Part shown: positions 9,794-19,760 of the stretch, piece by piece
How positions within the stretch are numbered: the stretch's first letter is position 1
How the letters are laid out: every line of letters begins with the position of its first letter
From: Nitrososphaerales archaeon
GTDB taxonomy: Archaea > Thermoproteota > Nitrososphaeria_A > Caldarchaeales > Wolframiiraptoraceae
Assembly: GCA_023269855.1 (NCBI GenBank)
Contig: JAGDWP010000050.1
Location: forward strand, 8,503 to 72,502
DNA length: 64,000 nucleotides
Direction: 5' to 3'
Notes under the pieces: model-generated
Database searches by the model: none
What the model was told of the DNA's origin: nothing
The model's input: only the letters and a program-made list of their open reading frames with translations
Translations under genes and position numbers: made by a program

Positions 9794-11319
9794 AGCTTGC
9801 CACTTCGCTTAACATATATCCTCCATGAGGGGGTCATAGTTCTCGGATGAGAAGCCCTGACTTCATCTATTCTACCTACAGCAGTATTGTGGGGGGCGGA
9901 CTTAACTTTTTCAGGCTCATTATATGATTCATTTATTACTTTTGATAAAGATTCGTAAAAGTTATCGAGTTCTCTTTTTGATTCTGACTCTGTAGGCTCT
10001 ATCATAAATGCTTCTTCAACAATTGATGGGAAATATACTGTGGGGGCATGGAAACCATAGTCTAGAAGTCTCTTAGCTACGTCTTTCGCGCTCACACCTG
10101 TCTCTTTGTATAGCCTAGATAAGCTAACGACAAATTCATGTTTTCTAGGCGATTCGGGAGCGAAAGGCAAAGTTACTCCCCTTAGTTTCTTAATTTTATG
10201 AAGTAGATAATTTGAGGCTAGAACGCTTGTCTCAGCAACTCTCCTTAATCCTTCACCACCCATTCTCAACAAATACGCATAAGCCTTAACTAATACGCTG
10301 AAATTTCCATAGAACATCTTTATCTTTCTAACGGCTTTAGGTCTATCATAATCTAGATAGAAGATCCCCTTGGATTCATCGTAATTAATCAATGGTGATG
10401 GAAGATAATCAACAAGCTTCTCAACAACTCCTATTGGACCAGAGCCAGGTCCTCCTCCACCATGAGGAGTGGAGAAAGTTTTATGAAGATTTAAGTGAAC
10501 TATGTCGAACCCCATGTCTCCTGGTCTAACTTTACCGAGTAACGCGTTCAGGTTTGCTCCATCATAATATAGTAAACCATCAACTCCGTGGATTATATCA
10601 ACTATCCTATCTATATTCTTCTCAAAGACGCCTAAAGTATTCGGATTCGTCAACATTATCCCTGCAACTTTTTCATCAACTATTTTCTCTAATTCATCTA
10701 TATCCACACATCCATCTCTATTACTTTTCACGACTTTAACTTCGTAGCCTGCCATAGCTGCACTAGCAGGATTCGTTCCATGAGCTGAGTCTGGAATGAT
10801 CATAACATTCTTACTATGTATTCCTCTATCTTCATGGTATGCTCTAATTATTAAGCAGCCTAAGAATTCACCGTGAGCCCCTGCAGCAGGCTGGAAACTG
10901 AATCTACTCATGCCTGTAACTTCTTTAAGTATCTGCTCAAGCCTCCAATAGATCTCAAGACACCCTTGAATGGTTTCAATAGGTTGGAGTGGATGAGCAT
11001 TAAGTATTTTTTCACTGTATGCTAATTCCTCGTTCATGACAGGATTGTACTTCATTGTACAGCTGCCTAGAGGATACATTCCAGTACTTACAGAGTAATT
11101 CATTTGGCTTAGGCGAGTAAAGTGTCTCACTACTTCAAGCTCGGATAATTCAGGTAGAGATAATTCTTGCCTCTTCAGTTCTCTAGGTATCTCGTTTAAA
11201 GCTTTCTCCAATTCTTTCTGAAGTTCTTCATCCATTTCGGGGAAATCTACTCCTATCGCTCCAGGTCTACTTAGTTCAAATACTGTGGGTTCAGACCATC
11301 TAGCTTGCCTAAAACTCAT
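9790..11319 (-). CDS. gcvPB: Glycine dehydrogenase subunit 2
   Basis: YPLGSCTMKYNP, AHGTNPAS, NLHKTFSTPHGGGGPG. Confidence 0.96.
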   Translation of the reverse strand: MSFRQARWSEPTVFELSRPGAIGVDFPEMDEELQKELEKALNEIPRELKRQELSLPELSELEVVRHFTRLSQMNYSVSTGMYPLGSCTMKYNPVMNEELAYSEKILNAHPLQPIETIQGCLEIYWRLEQILKEVTGMSRFSFQPAAGAHGEFLGCLIIRAYHEDRGIHSKNVMIIPDSAHGTNPASAAMAGYEVKVVKSNRDGCVDIDELEKIVDEKVAGIMLTNPNTLGVFEKNIDRIVDIIHGVDGLLYYDGANLNALLGKVRPGDMGFDIVHLNLHKTFSTPHGGGGPGSGPIGVVEKLVDYLPSPLINYDESKGIFYLDYDRPKAVRKIKMFYGNFSVLVKAYAYLLRMGGEGLRRVAETSVLASNYLLHKIKKLRGVTLPFAPESPRKHEFVVSLSRLYKETGVSAKDVAKRLLDYGFHAPTVYFPSIVEEAFMIEPTESESKRELDNFYESLSKVINESYNEPEKVKSAPHNTAVGRIDEVRASHPRTMTPSWRIYVKRSGKL

Positions 11320-12692
11320 TTCTCCACTACCTCCTTTAATGATTCAACATACACGTCTAAATCACTTCTTGAATGAATCTCTGTAACGCATGCTAGGATT
11401 GTTTCAGGTAGATCATTATAGAATCTACCAATGTTTATCCCTGCCAAGATCTTCTTCTTATGCAGTTCTGCTAAGATGTATTCAGCTTTTTTATCCTCTA
11501 CTCTATATGTGAATTCTTTAAAGTGTACAGCTTTAGAGAATGGGATCTGAATATTTTTGATCTTGGATATTCTACTTATTAGATACCATGTTCTAGCCAA
11601 TATCTGTTTTCCCAATTCTACGATGCCATTCTTTCCTAGTAAGCTAAGATATACTGCTACAGCGACTGCACATAATGCTTGGTTAGTACATATGTTACTG
11701 GTAGCTTTTTCTCTCTTAATGTGTTGTTCTCTAGCTTGGAGAATCATGGTGTAGGCTCTCTCACGTCTCAAAGTTTCAGTGAGACCTATCAATCTACCTG
11801 GAAGCTGATGTAATAGTTGACTATCCATCCTGCATCCCATGATACCTAGGAGTGGGCCACCAAAATTCATTGGTAGACCTAGGGGTTGACCTTCACCTAC
11901 CACAATGTCTGCTCCAAGTCTACCTGGAGACTCGAATATTCCTAGAGCTGTAGGATCGACACCGATGATAAATAATGCTCCGTATTCATGGGCTACTTCT
12001 CCGACTTCTCGAATATTTGATGGTATGAAGCCGAGATAAGATGGATATTCAATGTATACTGCTGCAACATCTTTATCCATCTTTTTCTCTAGGTCTTCTA
12101 GATCTACTGATCCATCAATCCTACTCTGAGAATATTCTTGTAGAGTTATATGGGAAGGCTCAGTATAGCTTCTCGCTACTTCCAATCTCTCATATGAAAT
12201 ATAGTGTGGGTAAAGTATTCTATTTCTTCTTGTTACTCTCTTAGCCATTCTAAATGATTCTCCCAGAGCTGTAGCCCAATCATACATAGAGGAGTTGACC
12301 ACCTCAACATCTAATAGTTCAGCCATTAAACTCTGATACTCGAAGAGTGCTTGAAGTATGCCTTGTGAAACTTCAGGTTGATAGGGAGTATATGAAGTTA
12401 ATAATTCACTTCTCTTCAATATTTCTTTAACTACAGATGGAATGAAGTGGGGCCACACTCCACCACCCATAAAGAGCTTAACCTCTCCTAGAACTATATT
12501 CTTTGAGAGTATATTCTTGATAATCTGACTGACTTCGGACTCTGTTAACGGCTTGGAAAACTTAAGCTCTCCACGTATAAATAATTCTTGAGGTATGTCT
12601 TTAAACAGCTCATTTATATCCCTCAAACCCATTTCGGAAAGCATACTTGATATTTCTTCATCTGTTAAGCCTATGAAAGGATGCTTCATCAC
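11316..12692 (-). CDS. gcvPA: Glycine dehydrogenase subunit 1
   Basis: YTPYQPEVSQG, REQHIKREKATSNICTNQAL. Confidence 0.96.
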   Translation of the reverse strand: MMKHPFIGLTDEEISSMLSEMGLRDINELFKDIPQELFIRGELKFSKPLTESEVSQIIKNILSKNIVLGEVKLFMGGGVWPHFIPSVVKEILKRSELLTSYTPYQPEVSQGILQALFEYQSLMAELLDVEVVNSSMYDWATALGESFRMAKRVTRRNRILYPHYISYERLEVARSYTEPSHITLQEYSQSRIDGSVDLEDLEKKMDKDVAAVYIEYPSYLGFIPSNIREVGEVAHEYGALFIIGVDPTALGIFESPGRLGADIVVGEGQPLGLPMNFGGPLLGIMGCRMDSQLLHQLPGRLIGLTETLRRERAYTMILQAREQHIKREKATSNICTNQALCAVAVAVYLSLLGKNGIVELGKQILARTWYLISRISKIKNIQIPFSKAVHFKEFTYRVEDKKAEYILAELHKKKILAGINIGRFYNDLPETILACVTEIHSRSDLDVYVESLKEVVEK

Positions 12693-12954
12693 GATGGACC
12701 TCTAATACAATATCAGGACTTCTCAATATAAATAGATAATAATCCTTAAACAAAGTAATACTCTCCCTTCACTGCTTAAATAGTTTAAGCTGTTCTTGGA
12801 GTATTCTGGAAAAATCTTTACAAATAAAACTTCCTATCTATGTAGATGAAATGAATATTACGATGAAAATGAGTATCTTCAGACTTTAAGCTGCCTGCAT
12901 GCTTTCTTCTTTTCACCTTTATGTTTTTATTTTATAATGTTTTATTGTTTAAGT

Positions 12955-13659
12955 ATGCTGAATTTCCCGATAATCGTTTTGAATTTTAAAGCTTATTCTG
13001 AAGCTGTTGGAGAAAAATGTGTTAAGCTGGCTGAGTATGCTGAGGAAGTTTCTAGAGAATATGGGATGAGTATAGTTGTGGCCCCTCCAGTGACCATGTT
13101 AAGCAGGATAGCTAACTCTGTCAGTATCCCAGTCTTTGCACAGCATGTTGACCCACATCTTCCTGGAAGCTGGACAGGTAGCATAACAGTTGAAATGATA
13201 AAAGAAGCTGGAGCAGCAGGCTCACTAATAAATCATTCAGAGAAGAGAATGATACTATCAGATATCTCTATTGTAATTAAGAGACTTAGAGAAGAAAAAT
13301 TAGTTTCTCTACTCTGTACAGATACTGTTGAGACGACTAGAGCTGGAGCAGGCTTGTCTCCAGACATGATAGCTATAGAGCCCCCGGAACTTATAGGTAC
13401 AGGAATACCTGTCTCAAAAGCTAAACCTGAAATCGTTATAGGAGCAGTGGAAGCAGTTAAGAAGATTAATTCTTCAATACATATTCTGTGCGGTGCAGGA
13501 ATTTCCTCCGGTGAAGATGTAGGTAGAGCTATTGAGCTGGGAACAGAAGGGGTACTACTTGCAAGCGGATATGTAAAAGCTAAAGATCCTAGACTAATTC
13601 TTTCATCGATGGCTGAATCCGCTCTAAAAGCATGGGAGAAAACTCAATCTTCTAAGTGA
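12955..13659 (+). CDS. tpiA: Triosephosphate isomerase (archaeal type)
   Basis: NFKAY, NHSE, EPPELIG, GAGI; ATG at 12955 preferred over 12937. Confidence 0.96.
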   Translation: MLNFPIIVLNFKAYSEAVGEKCVKLAEYAEEVSREYGMSIVVAPPVTMLSRIANSVSIPVFAQHVDPHLPGSWTGSITVEMIKEAGAAGSLINHSEKRMILSDISIVIKRLREEKLVSLLCTDTVETTRAGAGLSPDMIAIEPPELIGTGIPVSKAKPEIVIGAVEAVKKINSSIHILCGAGISSGEDVGRAIELGTEGVLLASGYVKAKDPRLILSSMAESALKAWEKTQSSK

Positions 13660-14030
13660 ATAGTTATTGATTCTCCTTTTGAATTATATGCATGAATATC
13701 TTTTATGTCATTGTAGGGTGGAGTGAGAATGAGCATTATGCTTCCAATGAAATGATTCAAGTCTTCCAATGAGGGGCGAGGATTTCCAGATGGATGGGAG
13801 TGAGCTAAACCGATTATAGTGAAATCTAATGGGAGAAGGTCGAATCTAAAATATGCTGATGATTCATCGTGTTGTGATAGAGGAGCAAAAAGAATCTCAT
13901 CTATCCTAACAGTGTCCCCCTTCTTTCTACCTCTAAGAAGCATAAGCATCTCTCGAGGATGAGTATTCTGGGCTAACTCAAGCAAGCTATAAGCTACATT
14001 ATTTGGTAAAACAACCTTTCTCAACATCAT
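13644..14030 (-). CDS. JAMM/MPN+ metalloprotease
   Basis: HPRE...HSHPSGNPRPSLED, a complete E-x-HxH-x7-S-x2-D motif. Confidence 0.9.
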   Translation of the reverse strand: MMLRKVVLPNNVAYSLLELAQNTHPREMLMLLRGRKKGDTVRIDEILFAPLSQHDESSAYFRFDLLPLDFTIIGLAHSHPSGNPRPSLEDLNHFIGSIMLILTPPYNDIKDIHAYNSKGESITIHLED

Positions 14031-14244
14031 AAGCTACCTTCATATATTCGAAACTATAAACTATTTCAAATCTATTAAAGATTTAGACTTGTTGATCAAA
14101 AATCTAACCATCTTCCTAGAATCCCAGCATGTAATCTAATCGATGTATACGGTAAAGCCTTCCTGATAGAATATTTCTATAATACTTTGATGAGTGCTTT
14201 TGTCAGGGAAAGATTAATAGCTTGCTATTATCATACAATAGCGA

Positions 14245-15702
14245 TTGAGAAGTATGTCAAGCGAAAGCCAGCAAGCAATAAGTTTGAAGAAGTTTACGAA
14301 TTTTACTGAGTGGTTTGACGAACTACTGCTGAATGCGAGGATCGCTGATAACAGGTTCCCTGTTAAAGGCTTCATAGTCTATCTTGAGAATGGAGCATAC
14401 ATTATAAAGAGGGTTAGGGAAATGCTTGAAGAAAAACTTGAGAAAACAGGGCATAAGCTAATGATGTTCCCCCTTGTAACTACTGAAGAACTCTTCGCAA
14501 AAGAAGTAGAGCATATAAAAGGATTCTCTACCGAAGTCTTTGTTATAGAGCAGAAGAGTGAGAAAGGTGCAGAACGCCGATTAATTATTAGACCGACTTC
14601 TGAAACCATAATGTACCCTATGTTCAAGTTATGGATTAGGAGTCACGCTGACCTCCCCCTCAAAGTCCATCAAAGCGTCAACGTCTACAGATATGAAACG
14701 AAAGCAACTAGAGCATTATATAGAGTCAGAGAGATACCGTGGAATGAAGCTCACACAGCACATGAAACACCAAGCGATGCAGAAAAGCAAGTCAAAGAAG
14801 CTATAGAGATATACAGCCAAGTGCTTAAAGAGCTTGGGATAAGCTTTCTACTCTTGAAGAGACCGGACTTCGACAAGTTTGCAGGAGCAGTCTACTCAAT
14901 AGCTTTCGATAGCTGGAACCCTGATGGAAGAGTTAACCAAGTGGCCACAGTCCACAATCTAGGCAGGAATTTCTCAAAAGCATATGATATAACATTTGAG
15001 AAGAAAGATGGTTCAAGAGGATACGTCTACCAACTATGTTACGGATTTGGATACAGTAGGGTTCTAGCAGCTATAATCGCACAGCATGGAGATGATAGAG
15101 GTCTAGTTCTTCCACCACCTGTAGCACCTACACAGATAGTGATAATCCCAATCCTATTCAAAGGACAAGAGAAAGAAGTAATGGATTATTCAAGAAGCAT
15201 ATTTAATGAGTTAAAAGATAATTGGAGAACAGTACTAGATGATAGAGAGGATATTACTCCTGGAGAAAAATTCTACTATTGGGAGATGATGGGCGTCCCA
15301 GTAAGAGTAGAAATCGGTCCAAAAGAAATACTGGAGGAAAAAGTAACATTAAATCGAAGAGATACTCTTGAGAGAATACAATGTAGCAGATCTAATCTAG
15401 TTGAGGAAGTTAAGAAACTTATGGAGAACTTAATGCAGAACCTACGAGAGAGGAGTGAGAGAATGCTCTACAAACTGATAATCGATGCTACAACATTAGA
15501 AGAAGCAGCGAAGGCCATAGACAATAAGTGTATAGCTAGAGTCGCATGGTGTAGTTCAATAGAATGTGCAGAGAAAATCAAGGAAAAAGCTGGAGGAGAA
15601 ATCAGAGGAGAAAGATACGATATAGCTGAACATCCTGATAGACCTTGCATAGCTTGTGGACAACAAGCAAAGACAATAATATATGTAGCTAGAGCATATT
15701 AA
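14245..15702 (+). CDS. proS: Proline--tRNA ligase (archaeal/eukaryotic type)
   Basis: RPTSET, YRYETK, C-terminal Zn cysteines and terminal ARAY; start may be ATG at 14254. Confidence 0.96.
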   Translation: MRSMSSESQQAISLKKFTNFTEWFDELLLNARIADNRFPVKGFIVYLENGAYIIKRVREMLEEKLEKTGHKLMMFPLVTTEELFAKEVEHIKGFSTEVFVIEQKSEKGAERRLIIRPTSETIMYPMFKLWIRSHADLPLKVHQSVNVYRYETKATRALYRVREIPWNEAHTAHETPSDAEKQVKEAIEIYSQVLKELGISFLLLKRPDFDKFAGAVYSIAFDSWNPDGRVNQVATVHNLGRNFSKAYDITFEKKDGSRGYVYQLCYGFGYSRVLAAIIAQHGDDRGLVLPPPVAPTQIVIIPILFKGQEKEVMDYSRSIFNELKDNWRTVLDDREDITPGEKFYYWEMMGVPVRVEIGPKEILEEKVTLNRRDTLERIQCSRSNLVEEVKKLMENLMQNLRERSERMLYKLIIDATTLEEAAKAIDNKCIARVAWCSSIECAEKIKEKAGGEIRGERYDIAEHPDRPCIACGQQAKTIIYVARAY

Positions 15703-15855
15703 GCAATCAAATAATATAGATGACGCCATAAAATTTTTGATAATTATTTGAATAATCTTTACTGATTCTCTTGAATCATATCTTCCCGGTTATCATGTTA
15801 CATAGCATCTCTATAGTCATCGATCTTTAAATATTGTTTAATCAATTAGTAAGGC

Positions 15856-16329
15856 ATGAAAGCGTTAAAGATTAAGATAAGCGGGAAGATTCTCAGAACA
15901 GGATATAGATGGTATATTGTAGAGATTGTTAGAGAAACAAACTTAGCAGGATACGTAGAGTTTACACCGGAAGGAGACCTATCGATCCATCTACAAGGTG
16001 AAGAGAACATTATTCAAGAAATCATAGAAAAAATTAGGAACCCTCCTCCACCTACACAAATCAAACAATTCAATGTTGAAGAAGTGAAACCCGACCCTAA
16101 GCTGAAAACATTCACTATTAAATATGGAACGATCGGGGATGAACTGCATGAAGGCTTTGGACCTATCGAATTCGCTTTAGATCACCATCTAGGAGAGATA
16201 GTAAACATTATTGGGGAACTAAAGAAATCAATAGATGAAATAAGTGGAAAAATAGACCAACTATATGATTCCCAAAAGGATTTGATTAAAGCATTGGAGA
16301 AACTATCTGATAAACTGGCTACTCGATAG
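15856..16329 (+). CDS. Acylphosphatase-like domain plus C-terminal coiled coil
   Basis: ISGKILRTGYR...LAGYV...EG pattern; the catalytic Asn appears replaced; heptad-rich tail. Confidence 0.75.
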   Translation: MKALKIKISGKILRTGYRWYIVEIVRETNLAGYVEFTPEGDLSIHLQGEENIIQEIIEKIRNPPPPTQIKQFNVEEVKPDPKLKTFTIKYGTIGDELHEGFGPIEFALDHHLGEIVNIIGELKKSIDEISGKIDQLYDSQKDLIKALEKLSDKLATR

Positions 16330-16405
16330 AATGTAAAATCATGATAATTTAGTGAATATGGTAAGATATCTTTTTAGGTTGAGAATAGGTTATGATTTGT
16401 GAAAG

Positions 16406-17719
16406 ATGCTGAGGTTCGGGGTCTTCAGTGATACTCATATTGGCAGGAATGTTCCTAGGATAGTTGGAGACGCTAGAAGGCAAGCTTTTAGACAAGCATT
16501 TAAGCAGGCCGTAAACATATTCATTGAGGAGAGAGTAGACTACATACTACATGGAGGAGACTTATTTGAAAAGAGAACAATGACACCCGAGGATGTCGCC
16601 TTTGTTAAAGATGAATTTTACAGGCTTGTCCAAGCTTCTAGGGAGAAGTGGGGAAAAGATGTTAAAATATTTATCGTTAGAGGCAATCATGACGGAACGC
16701 CAAGTAGCTGCGTACTAGAATACATAACCCACCCATTAGCGAGCTATCTCCAAATAATCGGTGAAAGCATTAAAGAAGAACTTCAATACTTTATCGATGA
16801 GAAAATCTTAGTTGCCGGGATAGGTTATCACCCATTCATAAAAAGCAGAATAAAAGATCAAGTAGAAAATCTAGCAGAGATATTCAAGTCATCTAATGAT
16901 AAGAAATTAGAAATATTATTGCTACATAATTATGTAGAAAAAATACATGAAATACCCCCATACACTCCAGAACATTCCATAATAGACATTGATGATCTAA
17001 AGAAGATAAATCCTGACATCGTAGTCGTCGGCCACTACCATGAAAGAGGCGATGTCAAATACAAGAATGATATCAAGTTTATTATTCCAGGAGCAACAGA
17101 AGCAGTAGATCTCGGTGAGAAAGGACCATTCGGAGTATATATAATAGAAGTTAAAGAAGGAATAAAGATGAATACTAAATTCATTGAGTTAACACCTTCA
17201 CAGCATATTTCTGTTAGGAAGATAGTTTCTGAGGAAGCTAAGCCGATTCAATGGTTTAAGGAGAGAGTCTTAGATGAAGTCTCCACTTTTATAGACGAGT
17301 TAAATATGAGAAACCTTCCCGGGATTCTAAAGATAAAAGTATCTGGGAAAACCTCAGATACTAAAGCTTTCTTAAGATTGCTGACAGAAGAAGAGATTAG
17401 AAAGATTAGAGAAGAGAATCCTAAACTATTATACTTAGAGGTAGAAGAAGACATCACTCCATTAACTAGAGAAGAATTGAGAGAGGAGACAGTAGTGTCT
17501 AGAGAAGAAATGTTTGAGGAACTGTATAGAGAGATTGGTCGGGAACCAAATGTATTAGAATTAATTGAAGAAACCTCACTAGCATTAGAAGAGAAAGCAA
17601 GTGAGAAAACAGGCCTCCTAAAAGACTCAGATAGATCATCATTCGTTGAAAAATGGTTAAGAATATTATTAGATAAAGCAGGAGAAGAAATGAATGGAAA
17701 TGATCCTTCCCATGCGTGA
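16406..17719 (+). CDS. mre11: Mre11/SbcD-family nuclease
   Basis: DTHIG, GGDLFE, GNHD, LLH and GHYH phosphoesterase motifs. Confidence 0.88.
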   Translation: MLRFGVFSDTHIGRNVPRIVGDARRQAFRQAFKQAVNIFIEERVDYILHGGDLFEKRTMTPEDVAFVKDEFYRLVQASREKWGKDVKIFIVRGNHDGTPSSCVLEYITHPLASYLQIIGESIKEELQYFIDEKILVAGIGYHPFIKSRIKDQVENLAEIFKSSNDKKLEILLLHNYVEKIHEIPPYTPEHSIIDIDDLKKINPDIVVVGHYHERGDVKYKNDIKFIIPGATEAVDLGEKGPFGVYIIEVKEGIKMNTKFIELTPSQHISVRKIVSEEAKPIQWFKERVLDEVSTFIDELNMRNLPGILKIKVSGKTSDTKAFLRLLTEEEIRKIREENPKLLYLEVEEDITPLTREELREETVVSREEMFEELYREIGREPNVLELIEETSLALEEKASEKTGLLKDSDRSSFVEKWLRILLDKAGEEMNGNDPSHA

Positions 17720-17765
17720 TTTGATTAAACCTTACTTTTTTATTACATGGTATATCTCTTAACAT

Positions 17766-19757
17766 ATGGTAATCAAAATGATTGAAGAAATACGATTGAA
17801 AAATTTTGAAGGATATGAAAACGCAGTAGTTAAATTAACTGAAGGCTTAAATCTGATCACGGGAAGAAACTCGGTCGGTAAGACGGCACTACTAGATAGC
17901 ATAGTGTATGGATTATTCGGAACAACGCCAGGTATCGAGAATAGACTACTCGTATCTTTTAGACCAACAGTTAAAGATGCAGAAATCTACTTAAGATTTA
18001 GAAGTCCAAAAAATAATTCGAGAATCGAAATATATAGAAGACTTGAAATCAGGCAGGGTAGAACATACTCCGCAGGCGTTAGATTTCTAATCGATGGAAA
18101 AGAAACTCAAGTAGAAAACTTAGAAGATTTAAGAAAAAAGATTAGCTCGCTACTTGGCATAGGATATAGATCATTTAATTGGATAGTGTATTCAAGACAG
18201 GGGAAGCTTACAGAGATTCTCGAACCAAGGAAAGAAGAAATTGATACAGTCCTAGGTATAAGTTTACTCCAAGAACTTTCAGAACAACTTGACCAGGCGA
18301 GGAAGAAGCTATCAAGAATAGATGGATTGGACGTTGAGACAGAGTATAGAAATCTAGTGATGTATATTATCCCTTCTGATGAAGAGCGTTTGAGAGAGAT
18401 AGAAGAAGACATAAAGTCGATGTCAACGGAGATCGAGGAGATTAGAAAAGAATTAGAATCAATAGAGTCTCCATCTACTTTAATATTATTCCAAAAGGTT
18501 AAAGAGTTGGAGAAGCAGAAGAGTAGGCTAATCGAAGTCAAGAATACTAAAAGAGACTTCTTATCAAGATACGCAATTGAAAAAATTGATTTAGTTATAC
18601 AAGAAGAAAAAAGATTAAGAGATGAACTAAGAAAGTTAAGTGAAGAGATAGTTGAACTTGAGAAAAGATTAGGTGAGAAGATAAGTGAGAATGCTTCTAT
18701 ATCCGGTAAGATAAGAAATCTCAAGCAACATCTTGAGCAACATCAACAATTAGTAAAAGAAGGCAAAGGTGTCTGCCCTACTTGTGGACAACCAATAAAC
18801 AGCTTAATCCTGTTCGAAGTAATAAGTAAAGAGGAAAACGAGTTAACAGATCTCGAAAAGATCCTTCAGAAGTCAGAAGAAGAAGTTACAGCTTTGAAGA
18901 AGAAGATTGAAGAAAAGAGAAAGTATGAAAGAGATACGAGGGAGAGACGGGAGAGACTTAACGCTCTAATTGAAACTTTTATGAATCTAGAAGAAAGAGA
19001 AAATAGTATTTCAAAATTAATCGGTATACTAGAGGAAGAAATTCAGGCCATGATTAAGTCTCTAGGCATCGATGTAGATGTTAGAGATCCACAACTAATA
19101 GAAAAGATAAGCCGTTTCATCCCATCTCCAGAGATTATTCAATCGAAGAAAAAGAAGCTGGAGGAGCTTACAGAGAAAGCATCTGGTAAGCTTAGAGTCA
19201 AAGAGGAATTGTTGAGAAAGCTTGAAAGAGAAAAATCAAGGCTGAATGAACTACAGAAGAGAGCTAGAGCTATAAGCATTGCTAACAGCTTAAGAGATAA
19301 GATTCTAGATGTTTTAGAAAACCGGAGAGAGAATATCTTGAGAATTTTAGCACATAAAGCACTTGATATATTAAACTCGATAACAGATCAAAAAATCTAT
19401 CATTCAATTATAATAAATCCTCAAACATATTCTGTGAATGTTCATCCATGGGGGTTAGCTGAACCAATTCCTGCGACAAGGATTGGCGGAGGTCATCAAA
19501 CACTGCTCGCCCTAGCTCTTCGACTATCAATACTGCATTTTATCAATTTTAGAGATTTAATAATTCTAGATGAGCCGACATATGGTGTCGACCAAGAAAA
19601 TCTACAATTATTATTGAATTATCTTTCCAGTCTTAGAAGATATGTGAAGCAAGCAATAATAGTTACACATCACGGTTATGGGTTAGAAGATGCGGATAAC
19701 ATAATAACAGTATACAGAGATAGTAATGGGATCTCGAGAATTAAAGAAGAATTCTAG
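17766..19757 (+). CDS. rad50: Rad50/SbcC-family SMC-like ATPase (short)
   Basis: Walker A GRNSVGKT, SRQG Q-loop, coiled coils with CPTCG zinc hook, ILDEPT, VTHH. Confidence 0.88.
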   Translation: MVIKMIEEIRLKNFEGYENAVVKLTEGLNLITGRNSVGKTALLDSIVYGLFGTTPGIENRLLVSFRPTVKDAEIYLRFRSPKNNSRIEIYRRLEIRQGRTYSAGVRFLIDGKETQVENLEDLRKKISSLLGIGYRSFNWIVYSRQGKLTEILEPRKEEIDTVLGISLLQELSEQLDQARKKLSRIDGLDVETEYRNLVMYIIPSDEERLREIEEDIKSMSTEIEEIRKELESIESPSTLILFQKVKELEKQKSRLIEVKNTKRDFLSRYAIEKIDLVIQEEKRLRDELRKLSEEIVELEKRLGEKISENASISGKIRNLKQHLEQHQQLVKEGKGVCPTCGQPINSLILFEVISKEENELTDLEKILQKSEEEVTALKKKIEEKRKYERDTRERRERLNALIETFMNLEERENSISKLIGILEEEIQAMIKSLGIDVDVRDPQLIEKISRFIPSPEIIQSKKKKLEELTEKASGKLRVKEELLRKLEREKSRLNELQKRARAISIANSLRDKILDVLENRRENILRILAHKALDILNSITDQKIYHSIIINPQTYSVNVHPWGLAEPIPATRIGGGHQTLLALALRLSILHFINFRDLIILDEPTYGVDQENLQLLLNYLSSLRRYVKQAIIVTHHGYGLEDADNIITVYRDSNGISRIKEEF

Positions 19758-19760
19758 AAA

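Noticed and set aside
14140-14230. Possible C/D RNA or hairpin upstream of proS, and the TAATAGC-TT-GCTATTA palindrome
   Set aside because: Box order and spacing are not canonical, and short AT-rich palindromes are expected by chance.
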